Shown: positions 1-9,298, numbered from the stretch's first letter. The stretch: DNA of 64,000 bases from an uncultured Verrucomicrobiae bacterium (GCA_963786375.1 CAWAYP010000005.1:80036-144035); one strand, 5' to 3'. The notes: generated by a model not told the origin, from the letters alone. Translations and numbers: made by a program.

Positions 1-72
1 TGGCGCAAACGCCAGTCGCACCTGACAGGCCCGCAATCGGGAAGCAAAACGGTTAATGATACTCGCCCAGCG

Positions 73-88
73 TTGAATGTTCGATGTT
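73..88. repeat. dispersed 16-mer TTGAATGTTCGATGTT (identical second copy at 40657-40672)
   Basis: Exact 16/16 identity read at both loci; both lie in ORF-poor spacer DNA. Confidence 0.7.
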
Positions 89-284
89 CCCTGTTTTTCC
101 CAATCCCGTCACTGGTCACTCGTCACCCGCCCAACCGCGGCGCATTTTTCCGCCCGCCATGTTCTGCGTCCTCGCCGGACGCATCTTCGCGCACCGGTTC
201 GTCCGGCGGGACGCCGGATGATGCGACCGGGACGGTCGCGCACCCCTTCTCCCGCACTGCGGGATACGGCGCGGCAAGGAAGGC

Positions 285-1311
285 TAGAGCATTTTCTATT
301 TAGATAGACGCATATCGGGCATGACGAAAGAAGCCCCGGCAATGTTGAGCTGAGAAGGAGTCCAGGGCCGTGGCCAAGGCTGAATGAAGCTCACCCAAGG
401 TCCGCGCCGCTGCGTGGCGCAGGTGTGCCTTGAGTTTGGCGAAAGCTAGTTCAATGGGATTGAGATCAGGGCTGTAAGGCGGCAGGTAGCGAATGCCAAC
501 TCCGCGAGCCGAGAGCAACGGGCCGATCTTTTGGATTTTGTGAGTGGAAAGGTTGTCGAGGATGAGCGTGTCGCCTGCACGCAGTTGCGGACCAAGCACC
601 TGCTCAAGATAAACCGTGAACACCTCGGCATCGACGGGGCCTTCGACCAAAAAGGGGGCTTCAACGCTTTCCTGGCGCAAAGCGGCAATGAAGGTGGAGC
701 TTTGCCAGTGACCGTGCGGGATGGTGCTGAGGCAACGTTGGCCAATCGGACAGCGCCCGTAACCGCGGGCCAGCTTGGTGTTCAGGCCGGTCTCATCGAT
801 AAACACCAGTTGGCGAACATCCCAGTCGGGCTGTTGTCTGCGCCAAAGTCTCCGAGCGGCTTTAACGTCCGGCCGATCTTGCTCGGCGGCGCGCGTCGTT
901 TTTTTTATAGCTCAAGCCCAGTTGCTCTAGCCGATGCCACAAAGCGGTGATGCCAATGGAAACATGCAACTGCTCCAGACACCGCTTTTGGAGTTCGTTG
1001 AGCGTCAGATCGGCCTGGGCTGCAATCCAGCGGCGCAGCGTTCGGTCATGCTTTTCCAAGCGGGAGCGCCGGTAACCGCCGATCTTTTGGGGTCGGCACT
1101 GGCCCGTTAGATGGTGCTGCTTCCAAAAACGCTCCACGCTTTTGCGGCTGACGCCAAAACGCTGGCAAACGTCGCCGGTGCCCTCCCCGCGCTCTCGCGC
1201 GGCGATGATCCGCTGTCGTAAGTCCTGGCTCAAAGGCCGCATAGTTCCCTTTTCATGAAAAGAGAATAGCACCAATGGCCAAATGCGTCTATCTAAATAG
1301 AAAATACTCTA
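285..1311 (-). mobile_element. IS630/Tc1-mariner-family insertion sequence (~1.03 kb) with TA target-site duplication
   Basis: Terminal inverted repeats 285-313 (tagagcattttctatttagatagacgcat) and 1283-1311 (atgcgtctatctaaatagaaaatactcta) are 28/29 complementary. The outermost TA is present on both sides. The element encloses HTH and DDE transposase frames. Confidence 0.9.
300..1242 (-). CDS. IS630-family transposase in two frames (HTH part 862-1242, DDE part 300 to ~905)
   Basis: N-terminal part reads MRPLSQDLRQRIIAARERGEG (HTH). C-terminal part reads VFIDETGLNTKLARGYGR...ILDNLSTHK...YLPPYSPDLNPIE (DDE_3 hallmarks). The frames join only through a +1 shift at an A8 run (T8 on the + strand, 899-906). 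Confidence 0.85.
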
Positions 1312-1435
1312 AAGGCTGAAATAAATCCTAAAATTCCGTTCGTGTATTTCGCGTATTTCGCGGTTTGGAATCCGTCCCGCATTGCGGGATCTGTGGCCAT
1401 CCGTGGTTAAATTGGGGTTTCCAAGGCCATACGTA

Positions 1436-2356
1436 TCACTCCGGAATCATTCCGATCGTCCTCAGCCACGTCTCCACCAACTGAGGCCACCGCGTAATCG
1501 GAAGCTTCGTGCGCCGCAACCCAAACCCATGTCCGCCTTGCGCATACAAGTGCATTTCCACGGGAACCCCGGCGTTCTTCAGCGCAATGTAGTAAACCAG
1601 CGACTGTTCGACACCATCCACATGGTCATCTTCCGCCTGTAATATAAATGTCGGCGGCGTTTTGCTCGTGACCGGGACATTCGGATTCAATTTTAAATCT
1701 TCACCGTGGTACAGATGTCCCGGATAGCAAGCTATCGCAAAATCCGGGCGGCAGCTTTCCTGGTCCGCCGCATCCACCGCCGGATATGAACGCTTGGCAA
1801 AATGCGTGCTCGTCGCCGCCACCATATGTCCGCCGGCCGAAAAGCCGATCACGCCAATCTTGTGCGGATCAATCCGCCACTTGGCGGCGTGAAAGCGCAC
1901 CAGCCCAATGGTCCTCTGCGCATCTTCCAATGCCAGCGGCGATTCCCAATATGGTCCCACTTTCTTGAGTGGCACGCGGTATTTCAACAGCACAGCCGTG
2001 ATGCCCTTGGACGTCAGCCAGTCACAAATCTCCGTGCCTTCGAGATCGATGGCCAGACAATTGTAGCCTCCGCCGGGAAACACGACCATCGCAACGCCGG
2101 TGTTTTTCCCTTTCGGCGAATAGACCGTCATCGTGGGCTGAGAGACGTTGCATACCGCGATCCATGGCACGCCGGAAGGTGACACCACGTTCGTAACATA
2201 CTCCGGTCCTGGGACAAGCTGGGCCTTCGCATCGGGAGCAGCCCCCGGCCAGATCGGCACTTGCGTATGTCCCGGCGATGGCTGCCAGACACGCGCCTGC
2301 GCGTTCAGACCGCCCCACGCAAACACAACCCAGAGAGCCAACATCAAAGGTTTCAT
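1436..2356 (-). CDS. secreted alpha/beta-hydrolase (esterase/lipase-like)
   Basis: Signal peptide MKPLMLALWVVFAWGGLNAQA. Nucleophile elbow GFSAGGH. C-terminal DD..H consistent with a Ser-Asp-His triad. Start taken at the internal ATG at 2356. Confidence 0.75.
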   Translation of the reverse strand: MKPLMLALWVVFAWGGLNAQARVWQPSPGHTQVPIWPGAAPDAKAQLVPGPEYVTNVVSPSGVPWIAVCNVSQPTMTVYSPKGKNTGVAMVVFPGGGYNCLAIDLEGTEICDWLTSKGITAVLLKYRVPLKKVGPYWESPLALEDAQRTIGLVRFHAAKWRIDPHKIGVIGFSAGGHMVAATSTHFAKRSYPAVDAADQESCRPDFAIACYPGHLYHGEDLKLNPNVPVTSKTPPTFILQAEDDHVDGVEQSLVYYIALKNAGVPVEMHLYAQGGHGFGLRRTKLPITRWPQLVETWLRTIGMIPE

Positions 2357-2475
2357 CACAATCCTGACATGACAGGCCGGGCGTGTGCTGTCAAGCCCAA
2401 GGCTTTTCCCAAGCGGTTTAAGCAGGTCATCTGCGGCTGTCACAAGGTTGTTTCCCAAAAAGCTTAAAATAGCCC

Positions 2476-2503
2476 TTGCATCGCCGGTTGAATTTGTTAT
2501 ATT
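2476..2503 (+). promoter_or_regulatory. sigma70-type promoter of the str operon (TTGCAT-16 nt-TATATT)
   Basis: -35 at 2476-2481, -10 at 2498-2503, A/T-rich upstream tract, then CCGCGCTCCGTTTC. The same architecture recurs at 5801-5842 and 11303-11344. Confidence 0.6.
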
Positions 2504-2562
2504 CCGCGCTCCGTTTCTCCGACCTCAATGGCCGGTGATGTTTACAGCGAATTTAACGCAAA

Positions 2563-2991
2563 ATGCCGACAATCAATCAGTTGGTCCGCAAGGGCCGCCG
2601 CAAGGTAAAGTATAAATCCAAGTCACCCGCCTTGGATAATTCGCCGTTTCGCCGGGGTGTGTGCATTCAGGTGATGACCCGCACGCCCAAAAAGCCGAAC
2701 TCGGCAATGCGCAAGGTGGCCAAGGTGCGCTTGACCAACGGCTACGAAATCATCGCCTACATCCCGGACGAAGGCCACAATTTGCAGGAGCACTCCATCG
2801 TGCTCGTGCGCGGCGGTCGCGTGAAGGATTTGCCGGGCGTGCGTTATCACATTGTGCGCGGCACGCTCGACGCCGCCGGCGTGGAAAAACGCCGCGTCAG
2901 CCGCTCCAAATACGGCGTGAAACGCCCGAAACCCGGCGCGAAGCCCGCCGCCGCCGCTCCAGCGGCCCCCGCTGCTCCCGCAGCGGCCTAG
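2563..2991 (+). CDS. rpsL: 30S ribosomal protein S12 with Ala/Pro-rich C-terminal tail
   Basis: [14 protein letters not shown]...[18 protein letters not shown]...SKYGVKRPK, then an extra [19 protein letters not shown]. Confidence 0.97.
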   Translation: MPTINQLVRKGRRKVKYKSKSPALDNSPFRRGVCIQVMTRTPKKPNSAMRKVAKVRLTNGYEIIAYIPDEGHNLQEHSIVLVRGGRVKDLPGVRYHIVRGTLDAAGVEKRRVSRSKYGVKRPKPGAKPAAAAPAAPAAPAAA

Positions 2992-3030
2992 CAAGGCAAT
3001 TTAACAACTCAACTCATTTAACCGAAACTC

Positions 3031-3504
3031 ATGTCCCGCAGACGACAAGCAACCAGACGGCCGGTGCCCAAGGACGGAAAATTCCAAAGCGCGCTGGTAT
3101 CACGGCTGGTCAACACCGTGATGATATGCGGCAAGAAGAGCACCGCCCAGCGGATTGTCTATGGGGCCTTTGACACCATCTCGGAGAAAAATCCGGCCAG
3201 CAACCCGGTGGAAATTTTGCAGCGCGCGGTGGACAACGCCAAGCCGCGCATCGAGACCAAGGCCCGGCGCGTCGGCGGCGCAACGTATCAGGTGCCGCTG
3301 GAAGTGCCGTCGGACCGGCAGGCATCGCTGGCGTTGCGCTGGATTGTGGATTTTGCGGACGCCCGCAAGGGCATGCCCATGCGCGAGGCGCTGGCGGCGG
3401 AAATTCTGGAAGCCTATCAAGGGCAGGGGAACGCCATCCGCAAGCGCGACGAGGTGCATAAGATGGCGCAGGCCAACAAGGCGTTTGCGCATTTCCGCTG
3501 GTAG
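3031..3504 (+). CDS. rpsG: 30S ribosomal protein S7
   Basis: 157 aa; ...GKKSTAQRIVYGAFD...ARRVGGATYQVPLEV...AFAHFRW; follows rpsL. Confidence 0.97.
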   Translation: MSRRRQATRRPVPKDGKFQSALVSRLVNTVMICGKKSTAQRIVYGAFDTISEKNPASNPVEILQRAVDNAKPRIETKARRVGGATYQVPLEVPSDRQASLALRWIVDFADARKGMPMREALAAEILEAYQGQGNAIRKRDEVHKMAQANKAFAHFRW

Positions 3505-3519
3505 GATATAATTGAAAAC

Positions 3520-3557
3520 ATGCCCCAAAGGCTGCAAGGCCCGGGGGCATTTTTATT
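3520..3557 (+). terminator. terminator/attenuator-like hairpin between rpsG and fusA
   Basis: ATGCCCC (3520-3526) pairs with GGGGCAT (3544-3550), followed by TTTTATT. Confidence 0.45.
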
Positions 3558-3631
3558 ATTTGAGATTCAAAAATGGAAGCCAGTAGCTGAAAAAACGAAA
3601 TCGGTCAATTCGCCCAACCGCGAATACACGC

Positions 3632-5777
3632 ATGGAACGCACGCGCAACATCGGCATCGCCGCGCACATTGACGCGGGCAAGACGACCACGACCGAGCGC
3701 ATCCTGTTTTACACCGGCCTCATCCACAAGATTGGCGACGTGGACGACGGCAACACCGTGACCGACTGGATGGAACAGGAACGCGAGCGCGGCATCACCA
3801 TCACCTCCGCCGCCGTCACCTGCTTCTGGACGCAAAAACACAACAAGCCGGGCGAAGACGAAATTTACAAGGCGTTCAAGGACGTGCCGCATCGCATCAA
3901 CATCATTGACACGCCCGGTCACGTGGATTTCACGGCGGAAGTGGAGCGCTCCATGCGCGTGCTGGACGGCGCGGTGGCGGTGTTCTGCGGCGTGGCGGGC
4001 GTGCAGCCGCAATCGGAAACCGTCTGGCGCCAGGCCACCAAGTACAAGGTGCCGCGCATCGCGTTCGTCAACAAGATGGACCGCACCGGCGCGAATTTTG
4101 AAAATGCGCTGAACGACATGCGCAACAAACTCAAGGCGTATGCGTATCCCGTTTTCCTGCCCATCGGCGCGGAAGACAAGTTTGCCGGCGTCATTGACGT
4201 GGTGAACCAGAAGGCCATCGTCTGGGGGCCGGGCGACGTCGCCAATGAAGGCTTGAATTACGAGGTGAAGGAAATTCCCGCCGAGCACAAGGAACGCGCG
4301 CCAGGCCGCGCTGGCGGAATTGATTGACGCGGTTTCCAACAAGGACGACGCGATTGCCGAATCTGGTGCTGGAAGAAAAGCCGATCACGCCGCCGGAACT
4401 CAAGGCCGCCATCCGCCGGCTGACCTGCAAGATTGAACTGGTTCCCGTGCTGTGCGGTTCGGCCTTCAAAAAGAAGGGCGTGCAGCCGCTGATTGACGCC
4501 GTGGTGGATTATCTGCCCGGCCCGCTGGACGTGCCCGGCGCCGAAGGCATTGAGCCGGGCACGGAAAACAAGGTGTCGGTGGAAACCAGCGACAGCAACA
4601 AGTTTTGCTCGCTGGCGTTCAAGCTGTGGACCGATCCTTACGCGGGCAAGCTGGTGTTCTTCCGCGTTTATTCCGGCCAGCTTAAAAAGGGCGACACCAT
4701 TTACAATCCGCGCACGCGCAAGCGCGAACGCGTCAGCCGCCTGATGATCATTCAGGGCAGCGAACGCAAGGACATCACCGAGGTCTATGCCGGCGACATC
4801 GCCGCGCTGGTCGGCCTGCGCAACATCACCACCGGCGACACGCTGTGCGATGAAGATTTCGACGTGACGCTCGAACCGCCGACGTTCCCCGAGCCGGTCA
4901 TCAGCATGGCCGTCGAACCGAAGACGAAACAGGACCGCGACAAGATGTCCGAGGGCCTGCAACGGCTCGCGGAGGAAGACCCGACCTTCCGCTGTTTCAC
5001 CAACGAGGAGACCGGCCAGCTCATCATCGCGGGCATGGGCGAGTTGCATCTGGAAATCATCATGCGACCGGCTGAAGCGCGAGTTCAAGGTGGACGCCAA
5101 CACCGGCGCGCCGCAGATCGCCTATCGCGAAACCATCACCAAGGCGGCGGACGGCGAAGGCAAGTTCATCCGCCAATCCGGCGGTCGCGGCCAATACGGC
5201 CACGCCTGTGTCCAGATTCAGCCGAACGAAAAGGGCAAGGGCGTCGAGATCGAAAACGAAATCGTCGGCGGCGCGATTCCCAAGGAATACATCCCGGCGG
5301 TCATTGACGGCATCGAGGAAGCCATCAAGGGCGGCGTCTATGCCGGTTATCAGGTCATTGACATCAAGGTGCAGGTCGTGGACGGCACGTTCCACGAAGT
5401 GGACTCCAACGAACTGGCGTTCAAGATGGCGGGCATTTTTGCGCTCAAGGACGCCTTCAAGAAAGCCGGGCCGATTTTGCTCGAACCCATCATGAAAGTG
5501 GAATGCACCACGCCCGACGAATATCAGGGCGATCTGCATCGGCGACATCACCCGCCGGCGCGGGCACATCATCAACATCGAGGCCAAGCAGGGCCAGACG
5601 GTGGTCAACGCCAATGTGCCGCTGGCCGAAATGTTCGGTTACGCCACGGCCATCCGCTCGCTTTCGAAGGGCCGCGCCTCGTATTCGATGGAGCCGTTGA
5701 CGTTCGAGCAGGTGCCGAACAGCGTCCTGACCACGATTTTGGATCAGGCGGCGAAGAAACCGGCGGCGCGGACATAG
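3632..5777 (+). pseudogene. fusA: elongation factor G, frame-disrupted as given (four +1 insertions)
   Basis: Three ORF pieces (3632-4327, 4324-5307, 5090-5818) join into a colinear EF-G: [14 protein letters not shown]...CGSAFKKKGVQPLIDAV...[30 protein letters not shown]...GRASYSMEP. This requires skipping one base near 4301, 4362, 5063-5065 and 5534-5537. The true stop is TAG at 5775-5777. Confidence 0.9.
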
Positions 5778-5800
5778 ATGGGGTTGCCGCCAAAAACATG

Positions 5801-5828
5801 TTGCGCGGAGCCGCTTAATTGCTATACT
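5801..5828 (+). promoter_or_regulatory. sigma70-type promoter upstream of rpsJ (TTGCGC-16 nt-TATACT)
   Basis: -35 at 5801-5806, -10 at 5823-5828, followed by CCGCGTCCGCTTTC, similar to the rpsL and rplB promoters. Confidence 0.5.
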
Positions 5829-5894
5829 CCGCGTCCGCTTTCAAAGATTGAAGCGGCAAATTAATTAAACCATTAACAGACAATTGTTCTTTGT

Positions 5895-6202
5895 ATGGCT
5901 GCACAACGCATTCGAATTCGTCTTAAGGCCTATGACCATCGGGTCATAGACCAGTCCGCGCGCGAAATCGCGGACACCGTCAAACGCACCGGCGCGCGCG
6001 TCGCCGGGCCCATCCCGCTGCCGACCCGCATCGAGCGGTTCACCGTGCAGCGCTCGCCGCACTCGGACAAGAAGTCGCAGGAAACTTTCGAGCAACGCAC
6101 CCACAAGCGGCTGATTGACATCCTCGATCCGACCGCCAAGACCGTGGACGAATTGAAGAAACTCAATCTCCCGCCGGCGTGGACATCACCATCAAGATTT
6201 AA
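5895..6202 (+). pseudogene. rpsJ: 30S ribosomal protein S10, frame-disrupted near its 3' end (-1)
   Basis: [25 protein letters not shown]...RLIDILDPT. The C-terminus AGVDITIKI-stop (6200-6202) is reached only if one base is added at ~6171-6173. Otherwise the ORF runs on into rplC. Confidence 0.9.
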
Positions 6203-6213
6203 GGAGAACGACC

Positions 6214-6920
6214 ATGCCACTCGGACTTTTAGGAAAAAAACTCGGCACACCCGCGTCTATAACGCCAGCGGGGTGTTGATCCCGGTGACGGTCGTGCTCG
6301 CCGGCCCCAACCGCGTGCTGCAGGTCAAGACGCAGGCCGGCAAGGACGGCTACAACGCCGTGCAACTCGGTTTCGACGACCAGAAGGAGCAGCGCCTCAC
6401 CAAGCCGTTGCTCGGCCATATCAAAAAGCAAAACGGCGCGGCGGTGAAACGCATCAAGGAATTCCGCAATTTTTCGAAGGAAGTGAAGCCCGGCGACGTC
6501 GTCGGCCCGACGCTGTTCGCGCCCGGCGATTTTGTGGACGCCATCGGCGTCACCAAAGGCCGCGGTTTTGAAGGTGTCGTGAAGCGCCACTGTTTTGCCG
6601 GCGGTCGATTCGACGCACGGCGCACAAAGGCTGGCATCGCCGCGTCGGCGCCATCGGCCAGCGCCTGTTCCCCGGCACGGTCCTGCGCGGCTTCAAAATG
6701 CCCGGCCACATGGGCCAGGTCCGGCGCACCACGCAGAACCTTGAAGTCATCCAGGTGCGCGAGGCGGACAATCTTTTGCTCATCAAAGGCGCGATTCCCG
6801 GCGCGGAAGGCGATTACGTCGTCATCCGCGAATCCAAGAAACGTCCGAAGGGCTGGAAGCCGCCGGTGAGCCTCGCGCCCGATGAAACGGAAGGGCGCCG
6901 AGGCCGAAGCCAAGAAATAA
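6214..6920 (+). pseudogene. rplC: 50S ribosomal protein L3, frame-disrupted (at least 2-4 indels)
   Basis: ATG at 6214 gives [12 protein letters not shown] frame change at ~6246 leads to [17 protein letters not shown]...[16 protein letters not shown] net frame change 0 to 2 within 6604-6625 leads to [18 protein letters not shown]...[17 protein letters not shown]. The end is either 6949 or, after a further shift at 6870-6890, KRKGAEAEAKK-stop at 6918-6920. Confidence 0.85.
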
Positions 6921-6932
6921 TTAATGCGTGCC

Positions 6933-7560
6933 ATGAAAATTGCCATTAAAAATATCGAAGGAAAAGACCAGGGCGAACTGGAAGTGAAGTTCCCGCTGGT
7001 TGAAGACGGAAAAGGCACGCAGGCCGTCCATGACGCGGTCGTCGCGTACCGGGCGGCGCAACGCAGCGGCACCGCCAGCACCAAGAACGTCGGCGAAGTT
7101 TCCGGCACGAACAAAAAACCGTGGCGGCAAAAAGGCACCGGCCGCGCGCGCGCCGGTTCATTCCAATCGCCGTTGTGGGTCGGCGGCGGCGTGGTTTTCG
7201 GTCCCCGCCCGCGCGATTTCAGCAAGAAAATTTCCAAGAAGACCCGCGCGCTGGCGTTGCGCAAGGCGTTGAGCGAACGTCTCAAGGCCGGCGACGTGGT
7301 GGTGGTGGACGATTTGAAACTTGCTTCGCCGAAGACGAAGGAATTCGTCGGGCTTGATGTCCGCGCTGGAATTGAAGGGCACGACGCTGATTGTCTCATC
7401 GGAGACGGACAAAAATCTGACGCTGGCGTCGCGCAACCTCCCCAGCGTCGCGCTGACGACGAGCGATTCGCTGAACACTTACGACGTGTTGCGGCCCGAC
7501 AAGCTGCTCTTCACGAAGAGCGCGTTTGAAAAAGTCGAAGCCCGTCTGACCAAGGAATAA
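6933..7560 (+). pseudogene. rplD: 50S ribosomal protein L4, frame-disrupted (+1 near 7353-7357)
   Basis: MKIAIKNIEGKDQGE...KKPWRQKGTGRARAGS...KTKEFVGL in frame 0 continues as MSALELKGTTLIVSSE...EKVEARLTKE in frame 1. Confidence 0.9.
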
Positions 7561-7561
7561 C

Positions 7562-7843
7562 ATGAACGCTTTTGAAATCATCAAGACCGTCCGCCTGACG
7601 GAAAAGGGCACGCGCCAGGGCGAGAAGTACAATCAGTACACCGTCGTGGCCGACCGCCGCGCGAACAAGACGCAAATCCGCCAGGCCGTGCAGGAATTGT
7701 TCAAGGTCAAGGTGACGAAGGTCAACACGCTGAACGTGCGTGGCAAGTTCCGCCGCCAGCGCACGACCCAGGCCGGCCGGGCGCCCGATTGGAAGAAGGC
7801 CATCGTCACGCTGAAGGACGGCGACAAGATTGTTTTGACGTAA
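7562..7843 (+). CDS. rplW: 50S ribosomal protein L23
   Basis: 93 aa; MNAFEIIKTVRLTEKGT...IRQAVQELFKVKV; intact. Confidence 0.95.
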   Translation: MNAFEIIKTVRLTEKGTRQGEKYNQYTVVADRRANKTQIRQAVQELFKVKVTKVNTLNVRGKFRRQRTTQAGRAPDWKKAIVTLKDGDKIVLT

Positions 7844-7846
7844 TTT

Positions 7847-7902
7847 GTAGCGGCGCTCTGTGAGCGTCGCTGAAATTTCCGGCGGTCACAGACCGCCGCT
7901 AC
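7847..7902. repeat. REP-like palindromic element (family copy 1)
   Basis: GTAGCGGCGCTCTGTGAGCGTCGC (7847-7870) faces GGCGGTCACAGACCGCCGCTAC (7881-7902). Related copies at 27192-27267 and 51989-52046. Confidence 0.7.
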
Positions 7903-7904
7903 AT

Positions 7905-7938
7905 GGCGCGGAGTGAAAATTCACTCCGCGCCGTTTTT
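7905..7938 (+). terminator. strong intrinsic terminator directly after rplW
   Basis: Perfect 12-bp stem GGCGCGGAGTGA / TCACTCCGCGCC, AAAT loop, then GTTTTT. Confidence 0.8.
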
Positions 7939-8029
7939 GCTTACAAACCAGCCCTTCGGGCTTGGACCGCCTTTGTCCATGCCGGCGTGCGAGGATTTGA
8001 CACGGCCGGAAATTTGGTTCAATTAAAGT

Positions 8030-9298
8030 TTGCCCGTGAATGCCAAAGCACCCATTCGCATCCTGCACGTGGACGGCGACAGCTTCTTCGCCAGTTGCGA
8101 GATCGCCCTGAATCCCCAATTGCAGGAACGCCCGGTCTGGGTCGGCGGCGGGCGGCGCGGCGACGGCATCGTTATCGCGGCCAATCGCGCGGCCAAAAAA
8201 TTCGGCGTCAAGACCGGCATGGCGTGCTTCGAGGCGAAGCGGCTTTGTCCCAAGGGAGTTTTGTGCCGTCCGCAGTACGACAAATACCGCCGCCTGTCGC
8301 AGGAGATGTTCCGCATTTTGGAAGAGTATTCGCCGACGCTCGTGCCCATCTCGATTGATGAAGGCTTTCTGGATTTTACAACGATGGACCGGCATGTCTG
8401 GCGAAACACGTCGCCGGAAAACTATGTGAAGGAAATCTGCCGGCGGATTTTGCAGGAAGTGGGATTACCCGTGTCCGCCGGCTTGGCGAATTCTTCCCAA
8501 CTGGCCAAGCTCGCGACGGACGCCGCCAAGCCCGGGTTCATCGAGATTCCGTCCGGCTCGGAAAGGGAATTTTTAAAGGACCGTTCCGTGCGCGAACTTT
8601 CCGGCATTGGCAAAAACCGGCAGCGCGCGCTGGCCTCGCTCGGCGCGGAGACCTTTGGTCACGTGGCGAAATTGCCGTCGCCGTTGCTCCGGCAGAAGTT
8701 TGGGATTTGGGGCCAGCAACTCTGGCTGTTCGCCAACGGCCTCTGGAGTGAGCCTTTGCTCCTCGAAGTGAAGGACCGCACGACCATTTCCAGCAACACC
8801 ACGCTGCCTTACGACGAGCCGGATTATGAGGCGGCGCTGACGTTTACGTTGAGCGAGGCGACGCGGCTGGTCGGCCAGTTGCGCCGCGAGCAGTTGCAGG
8901 CCCGCGAGCTTGGTCTGACGGTCCGGTTCACCGATTTTAGCGAAGTCAACGGCGGCCATCGCTTTCGCGAGCCGCAATTTCAAAATTCAATCATCAATAC
9001 GGTTTTTGAAAATGTCTTTTGTGAACTCATGGGCAAACAATTCAAACCTGTCCGGCAAATCCGCATTGCGTTTTGGAACCTCGCGCGGCTGGACACGCAG
9101 CCGACGCTGTGGGGGCGCACCGCGGCGGAACGCTGGGGCGCGCTTGACGACGCAACGCATGCGCTCAACGGCCGGTTCGGTCCGACGGCGATCATGACCG
9201 GCGCGCAACTGGCCTTGCGCGAACTGGAGGACGCCTTTAAAAATCCGAAGGCAAAATGTCCATTCGTGCCGCAGCGGGAAATGGTGAAAAAACTCTAG
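8030..9298 (+). CDS. dinB: Y-family DNA polymerase (Pol IV / DinB-like)
   Basis: ILHVDGDSFFASCE (catalytic D-x-D), SIDEGFLD motif, little-finger-length C-terminus; 422 aa; TTG or GTG start. Confidence 0.85.
   Translation: MPVNAKAPIRILHVDGDSFFASCEIALNPQLQERPVWVGGGRRGDGIVIAANRAAKKFGVKTGMACFEAKRLCPKGVLCRPQYDKYRRLSQEMFRILEEYSPTLVPISIDEGFLDFTTMDRHVWRNTSPENYVKEICRRILQEVGLPVSAGLANSSQLAKLATDAAKPGFIEIPSGSEREFLKDRSVRELSGIGKNRQRALASLGAETFGHVAKLPSPLLRQKFGIWGQQLWLFANGLWSEPLLLEVKDRTTISSNTTLPYDEPDYEAALTFTLSEATRLVGQLRREQLQARELGLTVRFTDFSEVNGGHRFREPQFQNSIINTVFENVFCELMGKQFKPVRQIRIAFWNLARLDTQPTLWGRTAAERWGALDDATHALNGRFGPTAIMTGAQLALRELEDAFKNPKAKCPFVPQREMVKKL

Noticed and set aside
73-342. Three overlapping ~76-aa ORFs left of the IS630 element.
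   Set aside because: Pro/Arg/Ser-rich translations, mutually overlapping, in repeat-containing spacer DNA, with no motif support.
2938-2991. The S12 Ala/Pro C-terminal tail as a frame-shift artefact.
   Set aside because: The tail is in the same frame as the conserved ...SKYGVKRPK end. No alternative frame gives a canonical stop at the usual position.
3632-7560. Programmed ribosomal frameshifting or other recoding as an explanation for the fusA/rpsJ/rplC/rplD frame breaks.
   Set aside because: There are 8-10 events in both directions. No shared slippery heptamers or downstream structures are present. No precedent exists for these genes.
7939-8030. SOS (LexA) operator upstream of dinB.
   Set aside because: I looked for TGTTC-N4-GAACA-type and CTGT-N8-ACAG-type dyads and saw none between the terminator and the dinB start.
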